DNA of 63,777 nt, the filler included, from Lenisia limosa (taxonomy: Eukaryota > Protista > Breviatea), in the NCBI GenBank assembly GCA_001655205.1. It is 10 parts of 10 records of this genome, joined end to end, with 100 filler letters (N's around TTAATTAATTAA, not from the genome) between each part and the next. Parts side by side here need not be neighbours in the genome. Positions count along the whole stretch, not along the records: positions 1 to 9,346 come from LPNZ01010062.1; positions 9,447 to 18,285 come from LPNZ01008907.1; 8 more parts are not named here. The stretch is one strand, 5' to 3'. Below the pieces are notes generated by a model. It searched no databases, was not told where the DNA came from, and saw nothing but the letters and a program-made list of their open reading frames with translations. The translations under genes were made by a program, and so were the position numbers. Below are positions 1 through 13,300 of the stretch, piece by piece. Each line of letters begins with the position of its first letter. Within the stretch, counting starts at the first letter, position 1.

Positions 1-149
1 TTTATTCAATAATGACGGGATATCCCAATAATGACGGGGTTTTGGCGCGGGAGCATATATTATATACATACAACCTGGTCTCAAGATGACACCCGCAAAT
101 CGCGAAGATTAGAAAGAGAGTTGACATCAAAGAGACAGCGTGATTGCCC

Positions 150-1170
150 AGTATGATTTCCTTTCTTTCTCACCACAAGGACGAAGTATTTGTTGCTGCA
201 GAGTTTGTTGAAGCTGAAGACACCAATAATGGTCCAGTTGTTGACATCCCCTTGCCCGTTCCAGTATGCTTCATTTGCTTCTATTGTTCTGGCTTTCAAA
301 TATTGATTGTGCTTAGAACCTTGCCCTTTCCTTATCTGACATGCCACACTCGGTTGTTAAGTCCACATGCGGCTCCTTAAGGATTCTTCGAAGCTACTAC
401 TGCAATTCTACTTTCGAGGCAATGGTGCCTGTACCCTGTGGTGGCGGCCACTGTTGCGACATTATTCCTTCTCCGCACAAATACACACAATATCTCGTTT
501 ATTCTGCACATGGACCTCTCGTTGTCAGACTTCCTACTTACCGATGCCGCAACCATTCCACTATTGTCAGAATTTCTGTAGGTGACCCAATTTTCGTTTT
601 AACAGTCTAGGGTATTTTAAAATGGGCTGCGATTTCCAAACATGATTTTATTGTTTTCAATTACGTAACTATTTATTTATCATTTAGGATTCCAAATTAA
701 GCTCCTGCCGAAGTGTGTTTTCATCGGAAAATGCCTGTTAACCGAGAATCTTGTGCACTTTGCGTGCAAATCTGTTGGTTATTATTGTGAGGTTTATGTC
801 CCTTTAGCTCTTACGACGCACATCAAAAGCTAACCTGAGACGATGCCTGATGGACCTTTACCAAGTCCAGTGCTACGAAGACATACTGAATCTTCAAGGT
901 ATTATTTGTTTTAAACGGAGGTTTTTTTTGAAGAAACAAATTGTATGTCGAAGAGATTGAAATATCCATAAACAATCTAATTTCTTGAAAATGTATATGT
1001 GGGTCCTCAAAGCTCCGGACAGCATTCAAAATTTACCGGACACATCAAAACTTCCGGACAGCTTGAAGTTGACCCCTTGTATGGGTCAACGGACGGTAGT
1101 GTTACCGGAAACTTCTTTTTGCGCGCCTTTTCACCCACAATTCAAGATCATACTACTACTGATTTGCTAG
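150..1170 (+). CDS. Cys/His-rich spliced gene fragment of unknown function, possibly a transposon-derived CxC-type protein; ends uncertain and 3' part may be decayed
   Basis: GT-AG exons give ...NLALSLSDMPHSVVKSTCGSLRILRSYYCNSTFEAMVPVPCGGGHCCDIIPSPHKYTQYLVYSAHGPLVVRLPTYRCRNHSTIVRIS | GFQIKLLPKCVFIGKCLLTENLVHFACKSVGYYCE | RCLMDLYQVQCYEDILNLQ. No family motif was recognised with certainty. Confidence 0.35.
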
Positions 1171-1232
1171 TATTACCTTTACATTCCTCCCACCTATTGC
1201 GTCATCATGTGTAGTTTCCTCGTAGCACTACC
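1104..1232 (+). repeat. Dispersed repeat; second copy inverted at 9448-9573
   Basis: ttcaagatcatactactactgatttgctagtattacctttacattcctcccacctattgcgtcatcatgtgtagtttcctcgtagcactacc closely matches the reverse complement of 9448-9573. Confidence 0.85.
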
Positions 1233-1677
1233 AGCTACGCGGTCACTGCCGCACAAACTTCGTGTGTCGAGGTGGGGACGGGCGTAATAGAAAACTGGTT
1301 CGACAGATAGTATATAGAAAAAATGACCTCTTTTTGTTTTTTTGTTTTTTATTCATTATTTATAGGTTTCATCCCTAACAGCTCTGGATGACAATGGCGA
1401 TAGAATGTCGTTGAAGGCGGTACGGCAAACTGTCACTTCCAATCGTGGTTTGAGCTACACGTTGCAAAATATCATGATAATAGGTTATGTTTTGGCAACG
1501 AATCCGCTATCGGGCTCAAGCCATTTGGCAACTGAACCTCTTCTTGTGGAAACCTTTCAAAAAGTTGTTACGCCGGACTTTATTGTAAGCTAACTCACTC
1601 ATGATTATTTATTTAAATACATAATGAATTATCAATTGAATATTTTATATTTAAACACATATGTGTATAGGTTGGTG

Positions 1678-2549
1678 GTTAAAACCGCGAACATGATTAA
1701 AACCGCAAACAAGCCAAAAATCGACATAAATCGCTTCAATAACACCCTTTTTAGTGTGAAATTCGGCAGTTTTGAGCACTAGACTATCAATAACATCAAA
1801 ACAAAGAAATTATGAGCAAAAAGAAGAAAAAAAATTAGAGATAAAAAAATCGAAAAAAAAAGATCTTTTGATCAGAATCGGCCGGGGTCACCCAGTTTCC
1901 TTTACGCGAAAATATTTTTTGAAACCCCCCTCTTTCANNNNNNNNNNNNNNNNNNNNNNNNNNNNNNNNNNNNNNNNNNNNNNNNNNNNNNNNNNNNNNN
2001 NNNNNNNNNNNNNNNNNNNNNNNNNNNNNNNNNNNNNNNNNNNNNNNNNNNNNNNNNNNNNNNNNNNNNNNNNNNNNNNNNNNNNNNNNNNNNNNNNNNN
2101 NNNNNNNNNNNNNNNNNNNNNNNNNNNNNNNNNNNNNNNNNNNNNNNNNNNNNNNNNNNNTTTTTCGCCCATTAATGGGAAATTTACGCTCATTTTTTGC
2201 CCTAGTTGTCTCGTATTCTTTACTTAAATGCCTCTAAGTTACTCAAGAGTGGAAAAAATCAAATCTGAGGTGCAAGAACGTCTTCACTTTATCGCAGGAA
2301 CAATTCTAGGCCCATAATCAGTGTTTTTAATGTATTTCGCATGAAAAATTGAAGTACTATGAAGGTGGTGTTTTGCATGTATGTTGATACCCCTGCCTAT
2401 TCTTCTGAATAAAACCCTGTATAAAGGAGTGTTTCGGGCGATAATTTGAAAAAAATGCGAAGAGGCGTAAATAAGGAGCGTATTGACTCAAAAATTGAAA
2501 GAAAAGCCTCCTTTTTGTTCGCAGTTTTAATCATGTTCGCGGTTTTAAC
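1678..2549. mobile_element. Non-autonomous DNA transposon with ~33-bp terminal inverted repeats
   Basis: 1678-1710 gttaaaaccgcgaacatgattaaaaccgcaaac versus reverse complement of 2517-2549 gttaaaaccgcgaacatgattaaaactgcgaac (2 mismatches). Interior is AT-rich with an N gap and no clear ORF. Confidence 0.7.
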
Positions 2550-2729
2550 TATATATATAGCATATTTACGCAGAGGATTGCAAATCGTTGATGTAATTAG
2601 TGGAAGGTCCGACGGTCAAGGATATTTCGTGTTGAGGACACGGACATCTTTAATCACTAACTGCTTTTTGGGGATTGGTTCCTCATTCAACGTGACATCC
2701 AAAGTTGACAGCTATCTCCTTGCGTCGCC

Positions 2730-3846
2730 GTATCAGATGTCAATTTTTGATAGTTACCAACAAGAAGCCCTCAGACGCAATCCTGTATTCTTGCTATTTG
2801 AGGTAGGAGTGGCTCTGCTTTTTGTGAGAGTCATTTTATTGTTTTTAGCATGGACCAGCCCCTTTCCTCCTTAGCCATCACAACGGTTTGTTATTAGTGA
2901 TGTTAATGATGGAAATTGAAAATAACCTGCCACAGAAGATCCATGATGAGCTAATGCATAGATCACAACTTCTGACATTCCACCAAACTGCCAAAATTAC
3001 GATAATGGCACTTTTTGTACTTTTGTTTCTGCAAGCGTCATTTGTTCACCACTTTATTAAGAGTTCAGGATCTTACTACTTGCGCTGAAGACGAAACCCT
3101 AAAATTGAACAGAAAGATGACAGCACAGATAATAAGGTTTGGAATTGTTTATGATAAATCTGTTGTGAATTGCTTGTGGCACGACGAATTCTACCAGTGG
3201 GTTTTGTCAAAGAGAGAAAGAAGTCCAAGCTTATCCATAAATAAATGTAAATTAATAGTTTTTTTACCCCATGCACGTATAGCTAGGGCCAAGGCCATTG
3301 TATGTCTTTATTTTGGTAACTTACTTGTAGTACACACCCATTCCTCTCCAAGTGGAATGTGAGACGAAAGGGCTTCTTGGGAGGCTTGGGAAGTACGGAC
3401 TCAATCTCCTGGAGATCGAGATCTCGGTTTTTTCCTTATTTGACGTCTCAAACACGGCTGAACATGGAAAAATGGCTGTGAAAAGTATGCATTTACTGGC
3501 CGACTCTTGATCTTCAAGATTCTGGAAAGTCATTGGCTACGCATGGGAGACGTGGTGCGGGGTCGCTCATTGTCGTGCCGCAATTGACGACATTCTGATC
3601 TGCCGTCATATTATAAAGGTCAGAGATGAAAGAAGGCTGCCACTCATCGGCCCCACGTTGATTGACCCGTGGTATTTTTCGGAAGATGTTGAGCACACTG
3701 CACCTTTCCTTGAGAGAGTATCAGACCCCCTCAGACAGGTAAGGCAAAAAATTGTTCTCTTAATCATTACTTCCCCCCCTTTAGGCCAAAGTGAAGCTTA
3801 AGGCACCACCAGCCGGCTCACCAATGCCCACCAAGAACGACCTATG
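2730..3846 (+). CDS. Putative multi-exon gene of unknown function
   Basis: Short GT-AG introns separate open segments such as MSIFDSYQQEALRRNPVFLLFE and FWKVIGYAWETWCGVAHCRAAIDDILICRHIIKVRDERRLPLIGPTLIDPWYFSEDVEHTAPFLERVSDPLRQ. Reading frame across all junctions not resolved. Confidence 0.3.
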
Positions 3847-4629
3847 ATTACCGCCGCCGCCGCCGTCCATTTCTGTTGCATCTCATACTTCCCGTTTTGG
3901 AAGGCTCAAAAAAAACCAAGCTGATGGGTAACAAGAAGATGACTCTTTACGAGGGGTCCCTAGCTTTGTCGTATTTGTTTTGTGTCTTGTAAATTACACT
4001 TCCTTGTAAAATATAGTGACTGCATAACTCTTATTATATCAGCATATGCCTTTTGTGAACTGATAGTTCTTTATAATGGCTTATATTGTATGTCTATCAT
4101 GCAGGTCAAAATTGGATGTTCCTCAAAAATCAAGAGAATAGTAGCGGAATAGTATTTGTCCATTACAAAAGATGATAAATAAACAAAAAGGCATACATTT
4201 TTAGTGTGATAAAAAACTCGGATAGTTAGTGTCAGGTTCAGAGAATTAGAGCAGGGCCCCCCGTATATTGCAAATTCAAGCCAGATTTCTAAGACAAATT
4301 TTGAAAAAGTTCAGACTCTATGTCACTTTTTGTTAATTCTGACTCTAATATGTAAAAACAAAATGTTGGTTTTGTTGTTCCATTATCTTTTCTTCGTTAA
4401 ATGTTAACCTTTTGAATTTGCTTGTTTGCTCTATTGTTGTATTGTTGTACTTACTAAAGCGGTATGATATATTACTAATATTACTGTTATAACTATACAC
4501 TACTACTGAGTGAAAGCGACAAACAATAACCCAACCCTTCAAAACATATCTAATTAGAAAGCAATACAAAAGCGAGCACACAACTTTACGACGCAAGAGT
4601 AACAGCTACCTGGAGAATCCCCTATATGT

Positions 4630-6347
4630 GTCAAGCGGGTTCGACGCCATTTATACAGTAAGTGGATACGCGCCATGGAAAAGTGTAGTAATGACTCGGC
4701 TTTATAAGTGGTCATAATGCGTATAGGTAGCAAACCTCTTGCTCAAGCTTGCCATCTGCACCCTTAGTAACTAAGATCAATTCCTGACCGATCCCATAAT
4801 CCACAGGGAGAACCTGGATTGTAAATAGCATTCAACTCAGACAACCGCTGAATTTACATTTCACTGTGATTGCCACATGTCCCTTAGCTTTTCTCATCCA
4901 ACATACAAGCTTTCCCTCGGGTGCAAGTAGGTCGATGAGGGGCTTGTAAATCTCTACTTTTATGAGGAAACAGCCCAATAATGCGGAAAACAATAAGAGC
5001 ATTGAAGCCGTTGAATGTCATACAGAATACAATCATATGACATGCCAACAGTTCGTATTTGGACAATAGCCAACCTTTGGCTGCCGCTCCGACATGAATC
5101 ACGTCATACGGGGCATTGGGAGGATATCCTAAATAGATCCGTTATTCTTGATAATTTGAAATGTGGTAATATGTAAGTATATCGTATGTATATATTTAAA
5201 AGTGAAGCATACCTTGCCTCCCGTCAGCAATCTCAATTGTGATTCTTGACCTAAGAGCTGGATCGAGCTAAGAGGTTAGGAAACAAATTCATTCGTTCAG
5301 CATAAATATGAAAGGTTGCTCCCACCTTTGCAACGTTTCCCTGTGAAAACTCGACAGTTTCAGGGATATGGTCAATATCGGTCACGTGACCTTCGGTACC
5401 TACCTAAATGGATCCAAACGGAACTCAGAACCTGACGGTGTTTTGTTCCTTAAGAATTCGTAACATTAAGCTTTTCGGTACTACAGAGAATCTTTTTCGG
5501 ATTACATTTACTCGATAATATTATTCATCACTTTGATATGCAGCCCCACAAAATATTATAGGTATTCTACTCAACTTCGCCACCCAACCATGTGTGCCAA
5601 ACAAGCAGTTAAGTAGCCTGTACCAGAGCCAATATCAAGGACATTTGCTCCTTTGAAGAGAGAGGGTCTCACTGCCTCCAAACACATGGCATGAAGGGGA
5701 TGAAGATTATCCTGATATTCAGCATTACGGCAATTATTACTTAACAGGAAAATTGTCTGAAACTGATTACTTTTCAGTCCAACCCCGTCATTTTAATGAA
5801 GGTGTCACAAGGGTTCCAAGTTGATATGAATGATTGAGATGAGTTTGAATTTGAGCAACATACCATATGGGGAGCTGAGCATATGGGATTGTAGCCAATG
5901 TAGAGCAGAGAATCGTGATATGCTTCATATGGTCTGGGGTGAATGGTGGTGAAAAAGGGTCCAAATGATATAATATATGATATACTATATTCATATATTC
6001 ACCATACCTTGTCCCTTTTGGGGTGAAGTGCCCCCTGTCTATTGCAAGCATTGTGTCAAGAACATCTTGGTGCTTGATCAGTTTCCCCCCTGGAGGATAA
6101 ACTCACGAACAGCCTTTGTTATAGTTCTTTGCCATGACCAAAACGATTCTAATTGTTACCCTTTTTGTGTTAAACTCTGAATGGATATGTTTCCTGAAAA
6201 CAATAGAAAAAAATCCGGCCTACGATGGAGATTTTCAACAAGTTCTTTGTTGCTATCCCCGCTACACATCCTTGGAAGTCAAATAGACCAAGATGACAAA
6301 AAAAATACTTCAACTTATAATCAAGGATTAATCACACACCATGCCAT
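4630..6347 (-). CDS. PCMT1: Protein-L-isoaspartate (D-aspartate) O-methyltransferase
   Basis: Spliced minus-strand exons read MAWMCSGDSNKELVENLH..GKLIKHQDVLDTMLAIDRGHF..YIGYNPICSAPHM|HAMCLEAVRPSLFKGANVLDIGSGTGYLTACLAHMVG..GYPPNAPYDVIHVGAAAK..EIYKPLIDLLAPEGKL|VLPVDYGIGQELILVTKGADGKLEQE. These are the diagnostic PIMT motifs. ATG at 6347; 3' end approximate. Confidence 0.93.
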
Positions 6348-6604
6348 TGTGGTGAGGAACTTAGGGGCAGACGCAGCACTGAAGGAATAAGAAATGGTCT
6401 GGTTAAGATTGTAGCTAGAACGATAGTTGTCAAGAGAGGCTTTGTGATATGACTGAGATGAAACATTTATTGGAAGATGGAACAACAGAGCATACAATTG
6501 ACATGATGTGAAAGCGATAGCTTACGGCGAAAAAAGCCTGCCAGGGGTAGATATGGCAAACTAGAGATGGTCAAAAAGAGCTTATGAAAAACAACACTGA
6601 CTAA

Positions 6605-9330
6605 CTAAAACCAATGATAGAGAAGGACAATGTTCTTGCGGATTATCTGCGGGACCATCTCAGCGGTGAAGTTTTGGGTGTGAGAGCCATAGCAACCTCC
6701 TGAAGACCGAAAAAGACGGAACTCTCCTTCCTCGCTAAGGATGATAATGCAAATAAATAAATAAAAGGTACCTACATTAAAAAAATTAAACCCAAAAAAA
6801 CGAAATAGCAGCAAAGAAACAAACAAACAAAGAACATAAAAAAAAACTAGAAATGAAAAGAAAATATCTAAAGTTCATGGAGTACAGCTCGCGGGGCATG
6901 TTCGGTTCATTATCAAGAGCCTGGGAAAGATTTCACCTAAGAATCCTCACAATCGTCTTCAGTCTCTACATTGGAGTCATATCTGTAACTACTTAGGATC
7001 TAAACCGCAATTATTAAGGGAATTGTGTAATATCTAAACTTATTGACACTTTTCTGACTTATTACATTGGTTTAGTTTTTAATGTCATTGATTGCAATGG
7101 AACCTGTTGTAAACTATCGAAATAGAATCTCCGACAACTGGAATCATAGTATTTGACAAACTGAATGTACTTGCGGGCGGTAGCAAGGTGACTCCGATGA
7201 GCAGCTTTCATTGGCAACGTCTGGGTAGCGGATGTAAGCTATAACAAGTCACCAATTGCAATAATAGCAAGTATTTTCCATACCTGAGCTGCGTCAATCA
7301 CAAAGCGGTTCTTGGTGTGTAATAGTTTTTTTTACTATAAAAAGCTGTTAAATGGAAAAGAAATCAACTAAATTCAGATGTGTGTATACCAGTTATTTCT
7401 TCACGTATACATATATACATATTGTATATGTCATGTAATTACTATAAAACATGTATCATGCAATACTAAAAAGAGTATTTAACGAACCTGACTGACGTTC
7501 CGGCTGCTTTATTAATTGCAATGATCCATGCGGTGGTATGGAACAGTTCCGGTTTTGTGACCTTCAGACTGGACTTTGCTGAAAATTAGCGACGCTCGGT
7601 TGGTGACGTTGAGAAGTTTAGTTTGTCTTTCTTCGGTCTTTTGGTTGAGACCATACTTATCACATTTTTTTCAAGCTGTGGAGTCACTCACATACAATAA
7701 GGTGAGAGTACTTTTGTATCTGGACAAAATCAATGATAGTGATGTACCAGGAATGCCTCTTGCATTGAGATTACTGCACCTGCATTGGCAAATATTGTCA
7801 AAACAATGCTGTTTTCCGTGTTTCAAATGCGGAACTGTTAGTTGTGATTCTCATGTATCCGTCAGCCGCCACTGTGTTGAAGGTACATGTCAGGGTTTGC
7901 TGAATATGTAAATTATGAACAAAGCAACATGGATCTTCCCAACCAATATAGGATTCACTTTACGTCATATCTAAAATCTTGTGACCCAAAATTCGGTTTT
8001 CTAAATAAAGTACTGTTCAATTTACAATTGTTATTGTAGAATACAAGAAGAAGACTGTTGCTTCACTTGGTTTTGGAGTGTTAATCATACTAATCAAATA
8101 GAATGGAAACTTAGAAGGCACAACTACTCTCAATGAGCAATGGCACTGGACCTTGGTTGATAAGACATGGTATGTTAACCAGAATACATGGGTGTTTTTT
8201 GTTAATTTTTGTTATTGTTTCCGATGAGGATTCGGACTGCTAGTGGGTTTTGGCAAATTTATGATTTTGGGGAGCTTGGATGGGGTTTGCTGTAACCATA
8301 AAGTACGATTAAATGGAGTTATGAATTATTAAAAAAAGTAAATTCTTATGTATTGAACATATGTTATTGCATATTGTACACAAAATGTCGATTTAGTATC
8401 ATACATCTTGCACAATGGACGGGGTGTGGGGTTTACCTTGGTCTCCTCAGTGAAAAGAACAGAGTGTGAAGCGTTGTCGAATTCTTGACTCTATATGGTT
8501 AAAAGTTGCAAGTTATTCAATGTGAATTGTAATGGAACCCCTAAAGATAATATTACCGGCTCTATTAGTACCTCAATTGCAAAGTCTGCGGTCCTTCTTA
8601 AGAAGATGCTAGTATTATCTCTGGTCAACCACGATGTCACACCCAATGAAGAGGTAGAACCAAGTAGCATCCTTTTTGAAGACGAAATTGCGTTCATGGG
8701 CGCTTTCTTCGGAGAGATGCCTGGCTTCCCTCGATCTTCGGCTTTGCCTTCTCAGTGGTATGGGCGATTTAGCAATGGCAACGTGCAACCTTGAGATGTT
8801 AACTTTGATAACGTCTGTAACTCTGTTCAGTTCGTTTTTGAGTTCAAGGTNNNNNNNNNNNNNNNNNNNNNNNNNNNNNNNNNNNNNNNNNNNNNNNNNN
8901 NNNNNNNNNNNNNNNNNNNNNNNNNNNNNNNNNNNNNNNNNNNNNNNNNNNNNNNNNNNNNNNNNNNNNNNNNNNNNNNNNNNNNNNNNNNNNNNNNNNN
9001 NNNNNNNNNNNNAGCGTAGGGCTGATAAAGCATTGGCGACAATCTCCTCCTTTCCATAAAACTCTAGCCGCACCTTCCGCGCCTCCTTATCGGCCTCTAT
9101 GCCATCCATGTTACATGTTTGACGGTCTTGATCATTCAGATTCCTTGCGAGAAGCCCCTTCCGTTTTGAAGTGTGATCTCTGGCTAAAGAAGTAAAATTC
9201 AGCAAAAGACACATTTGAAGCATTTTAACCCTTCTGACACCCTATCATGCAATATTTCTTATTGCTTACTTGAGACTGTGCTCTGTGGTCGAAGTCGAGG
9301 TGACTGTTCACGCTGACCATCTTCTTGATT
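6605..9330 (-). CDS. Unknown spliced gene with N-terminal coiled coil; possibly a decayed transposase-like gene
   Basis: Segments DGIEADKEARKVRLEFYGKEEIVANALSALR..LELKNELNRVTDVIKVNISRLHV, HGKQHCFDNICQCRC, YGLNQKTEERQTKLLNVTNRASL, and KNRFVIDAAQ|LTSATQTLPMKAAHRSHLATARKYIQFVKYY, joined by GT-AG introns. Some frames are interrupted. Confidence 0.3.
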
Positions 9331-9390
9331 CGCTTAGTTACGGTTTNNNNNNNNNNNNNNNNNNNNNNNNNNNNNNNNNNNNNNNNNNNN

Positions 9391-9402
9391 TTAATTAATT
9401 AA
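9391..9402. other. Artificial scaffold linker TTAATTAATTAA (six-frame stop) inside a 100-nt gap; also at 18330, 23262, 25658, 27865, 30889, 35627, 39083 and 40752
   Basis: The identical 12-mer sits centred between two runs of 44 N at nine places. Confidence 0.97.
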
Positions 9403-9447
9403 NNNNNNNNNNNNNNNNNNNNNNNNNNNNNNNNNNNNNNNNNNNNC

Positions 9448-10288
9448 GGTAGTGCTACGAGGAAACTACACATAATGACGCGATAGGTGGGAGGTATGTA
9501 AAGGTAGTACTAGCAAAACAGTAGTAGTATGAACTTGAATTGTGGGTGGGCCCGCAAAAAGAAGTATCCGGTGAATGCGTTTTATATGGGCCCTATTTGC
9601 ATTTGTAATGGTAAGATGTACATGAAAACGGGCAGTCTGGAGAGAGAAGAATTGAGGAGGACAAGATTCCTGAAAGAGTCCCATAAATATGAAGGTCTGA
9701 CGCCGCTTACAAGAGTTTTTAAAGCAAACTAAAGTGTTTTTATACCGGAATAGAACGGAACTCTTGAGGGGGTGAACCAAAGTGCGTTGATCTCGAGACT
9801 GTGATGGTGAATTGCCTACCGCTTACCGAATTTACAATAATAAATACACTGACTAACTAAAACCGATGATAGAGACTTTGAAACCGTAAACGATAAAATT
9901 CTGTACGAGACCATAATTGTATAGTATTTTACCCTTAGGGCACCACCCCGTGGCGAGCTGACCCCAAAAAAGGAGGCGAGGGATCTTGGGATCTCGTCAG
10001 GATCTCGTTGGGATCTGGCATTTCTCCAGTAAATTCTCTGTGTCTTTGCTGTTTCAAGCTGTTTCTCTGGAGATTCTCTTGATCCCATCTATTTGCGGGA
10101 GCTTCAGCCGGTATGGGTAAGGGGTGCAGAAATTTTATATGATAATTGCCTCCGGGCCATGGGTAGACCCATGGGCCTACAGAACATTCTAGAAACTGTT
10201 TACGGTTGAATTTGGAATTTTCTTTCTTATTTTGTTTGAAAAGACGTTCATTCGCGTCTTGTATTAACTGTCTAATCATAGTTTGCAA
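9448..10288 (-). repeat. Degenerate repeat or gene remnant sharing segments with 1104-1232 and 6593-6625
   Basis: 9448-9573 matches 1104-1232 (inverted). 9843-9872 aacactgactaactaaaaccgatgataga matches 6593-6622. Contains a broken ORF ..ECSVGPWVYPWPGGNYHIKFLHPLPIPAEAP.. Confidence 0.5.
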
Positions 10289-10300
10289 GATATTTCAACC

Positions 10301-13300
10301 ATGCCGCCTCAACTCCAAACCCCAGCTGTTTGTTGCCTTTCAAGCAGGTATTGGCTAATATTACGTAGAATGACGAAGCTGTCACCCTTGAAATCACTGA
10401 ACCTACTCGTGAGGACAACTGTGCCCCTCCTTCTCCAACCTCAACTGAGGATGGAAACATCTCTGATACAGGGTCAACAAGGGACTTAATTCAATGCACT
10501 CCTTCCCAAGCTGTTTGTTTCTTCTATGTCTGTGACCATTCTCTTTAGAGTCTGCAACCGAAGTTAAATATGCCCAAAAAACAGATTGTTGCTTTGGTTC
10601 TTGGACCTTTGATTCTTGTTCCATTCCTTTTTGACATTTTGGAGCCTGGTCAACCTGCAGTAAGCCTTCCATGTTGCTCTCCTCTCATATATTGTTTTTA
10701 TAATAATGTAATTTCTCAAATATTAGCAGTTTTGTGCTTCCGATATACTCATGGGAATTTTTGTCGCCCCATTCTCCGGTTACTGTGTTTACCACCTATT
10801 TTTAATATTTACAAGAAATTGAAACATTTTTGAGACGATCATCGACATTTCAACAGGTTTCACATTGTGCTGGTGTTCTTCTTTGGATGGCCGTTTGGTG
10901 GCTTCTTGAGGCTGCCCCTATGCCTGGTTTGAGGGGGGAACCGATTATATGTTATTAAAATTGGCGGTAGTGTATTACTGAACTCTAACAGTGCAGTTAC
11001 TTCTTTGGTGCCCCTCTTTGCTTTCCCGGTGCTGGGAATTATGACATCTGCTCAGATTGCTGTTAAGTATTTCAACAAGTAAGCGACTGAAAGTGTTTTC
11101 TTACCCATTAGAACCTCATTCCTTTTCATGGGAACTTTCATGCTTGCTGCTGCTGTTGAGAAATGGAATCTTCACGATCGACTCGCTCTTAAGGTTCTTA
11201 TCAGTGTTGTATGCTGGGTTTAGCCCCCCCCCCCCTTTTTTTTTNNNNNNNNNNNNNNNNNNNNNNNNNNNNNNNNNNNNNNNNNNNNNNNNNNNNNNNN
11301 NNNNNNNNNNNNNNNNNNNNNNNNNNNNTCAGGGAAACTCGCCCATCAAGCTCCTCCTCGCCTTCATGGCGCTTGCTTGTAAGCCTATATGAGCTTTGTT
11401 ATAAGCCGTACTTATTTCAAATATTCTCATCTGCCTAGCTTTCTTGTCAATGTGGTTATCGAATACTGCCACTACTGCTCTTCTTGGCCCTGTTGCTCTC
11501 CAAATTCTGAACAACTTTGACCACTCCAACCGCGAGGTACGAGTGTGAAACTAGTTTGATATGAAAATAACTGCCTGTTCTATGGCCTGATTTTGTAGGC
11601 TTATGACAAGCTCTGCAAGGGGCTTCTTTTGGCCATGGGTTACTCGGCTTCTGTTGGTGGTTCGGCAACTCTCACCGGAACAGGTTTGCCTTGGCCTAAC
11701 ATTCATTCTTGCTTTGAAGCTTTATACATCTAGGACCCAATTTGATTTTCACTGGTCAAATGGAAGATTTGTTCCCCAATGCCGACCCCATCGGCTTTGC
11801 CCAATGGATGGCCTTCGCTGTCCCTATCCAGGTTGGTATGGGAGCCAATGGGACTGATCTCCTGACCTCAATGATTAATCAGGTTGTTTTCCTCTTCATC
11901 ATGTGGGCCTTCTTCAGCTTTAGATTCATGAGGTGAGTACACACATGAACTTGGTTTCTTTTTTGACCGTTTTAGGTACTACAAGGGGGCCGTGGAGAAG
12001 ACTCAGCTCGAGAAGCGTTATCGTGAGAAGGTTTGTTTTGCCTTTTGCAAATGGGAGATTTACCTTGCAGGGTGCCCTTCGTTACGAGGAAATAGTCATC
12101 TTGGTCGTTTTTGCCACTGTTATTCTGGCTTGGATCTTCAGAGGTGGGTGCAAGCTAAGACTCTTCCAAGCTGACTTTTGGCAGATCTTCCTTTCGGAGG
12201 ATGGGCTGAGCTCTTCCAGGTTCGTACCATGTTTTTTTTTCGAAGATGTCAGCATGTGATGACATTTCAGGGCTATCGTGGTCGTTATGGGGACGATGAA
12301 GAGAGTACCGCTTGGAAGACTTACGTCCATGATATGACTGTTGTTATCTTCGGCTCCATGGTCCTTTTCCTCTGGCCTACTAGGTCTGTATATCTTGCTA
12401 GTTGCTCATTGGTACTTTATTGACAATATAGCATGACATACCGTAAGCAACGTGCACGTGACGCCCTCTGCACTGGATCGTCTTACAATATCTCCATGGG
12501 TCATCCAGACCTTACAATCCTTGACTGGAAAACGTGAGTTTCACCTATCAAATTTTAGTCTGCTAACTCTTCAGGGTTGAGCAAAAAATGGCCTGGGGAA
12601 TTCTCTTCCTCTTTGGAGGAGGATTTGCCCTCTCTGCTGGTTTCACTGCTTCTGGTTTCTCTGTAAGCTATTCTCTGTCTGTATATGATATATACAACAT
12701 ATTCACTTCAAAATCTCTGTTGTGGGCTGTGCTTGTGGTACTGCACTGAAGCTGAAAAAGCCTATTATCGTAGGGTTGGATCGGAGAACGTCTTGCTGAC
12801 CTGGTATCTGACCTTCCCAAGTAGGAGGCCGGTTTTGCTGCTGATACGTTTAAACCATTTGCTTACTTTACAGCTACGTGCTTCTTTACGTTGTCTGCTT
12901 CTTCACGACCATCCTTACCGAACTTGCCTCCAACACTGCAACCGCAGCCATTCTTCTCCCAGTTTTGGCTTCCACCGCCCAGTCCTTGAGAGTTTGGCTC
13001 AATATTAGTGTACCCTTCCCTGACCTCCTCAGATTAACCCCCTCTTCATGATGGTTCCCTCCACGATCTGCTGTTCTCTTGCTTTCTGCTCGCCCATCGC
13101 TACCCCAGTCAATGCTCTCATCTATGGATTCGGGTACCTTAAAAGTTGGCTACTTGCTTGCTCAGTACTTGCTGACCTTTTAGTTTCGGATATGACCAAG
13201 GCTGGTGTATTTATGAACCCTATTGGGATTTCGCTCGTTATTGGCACTACTTTCCTCCTTGGTGCTGCCATTTATGATATTGATGTAAGTTGTGGCGTTA

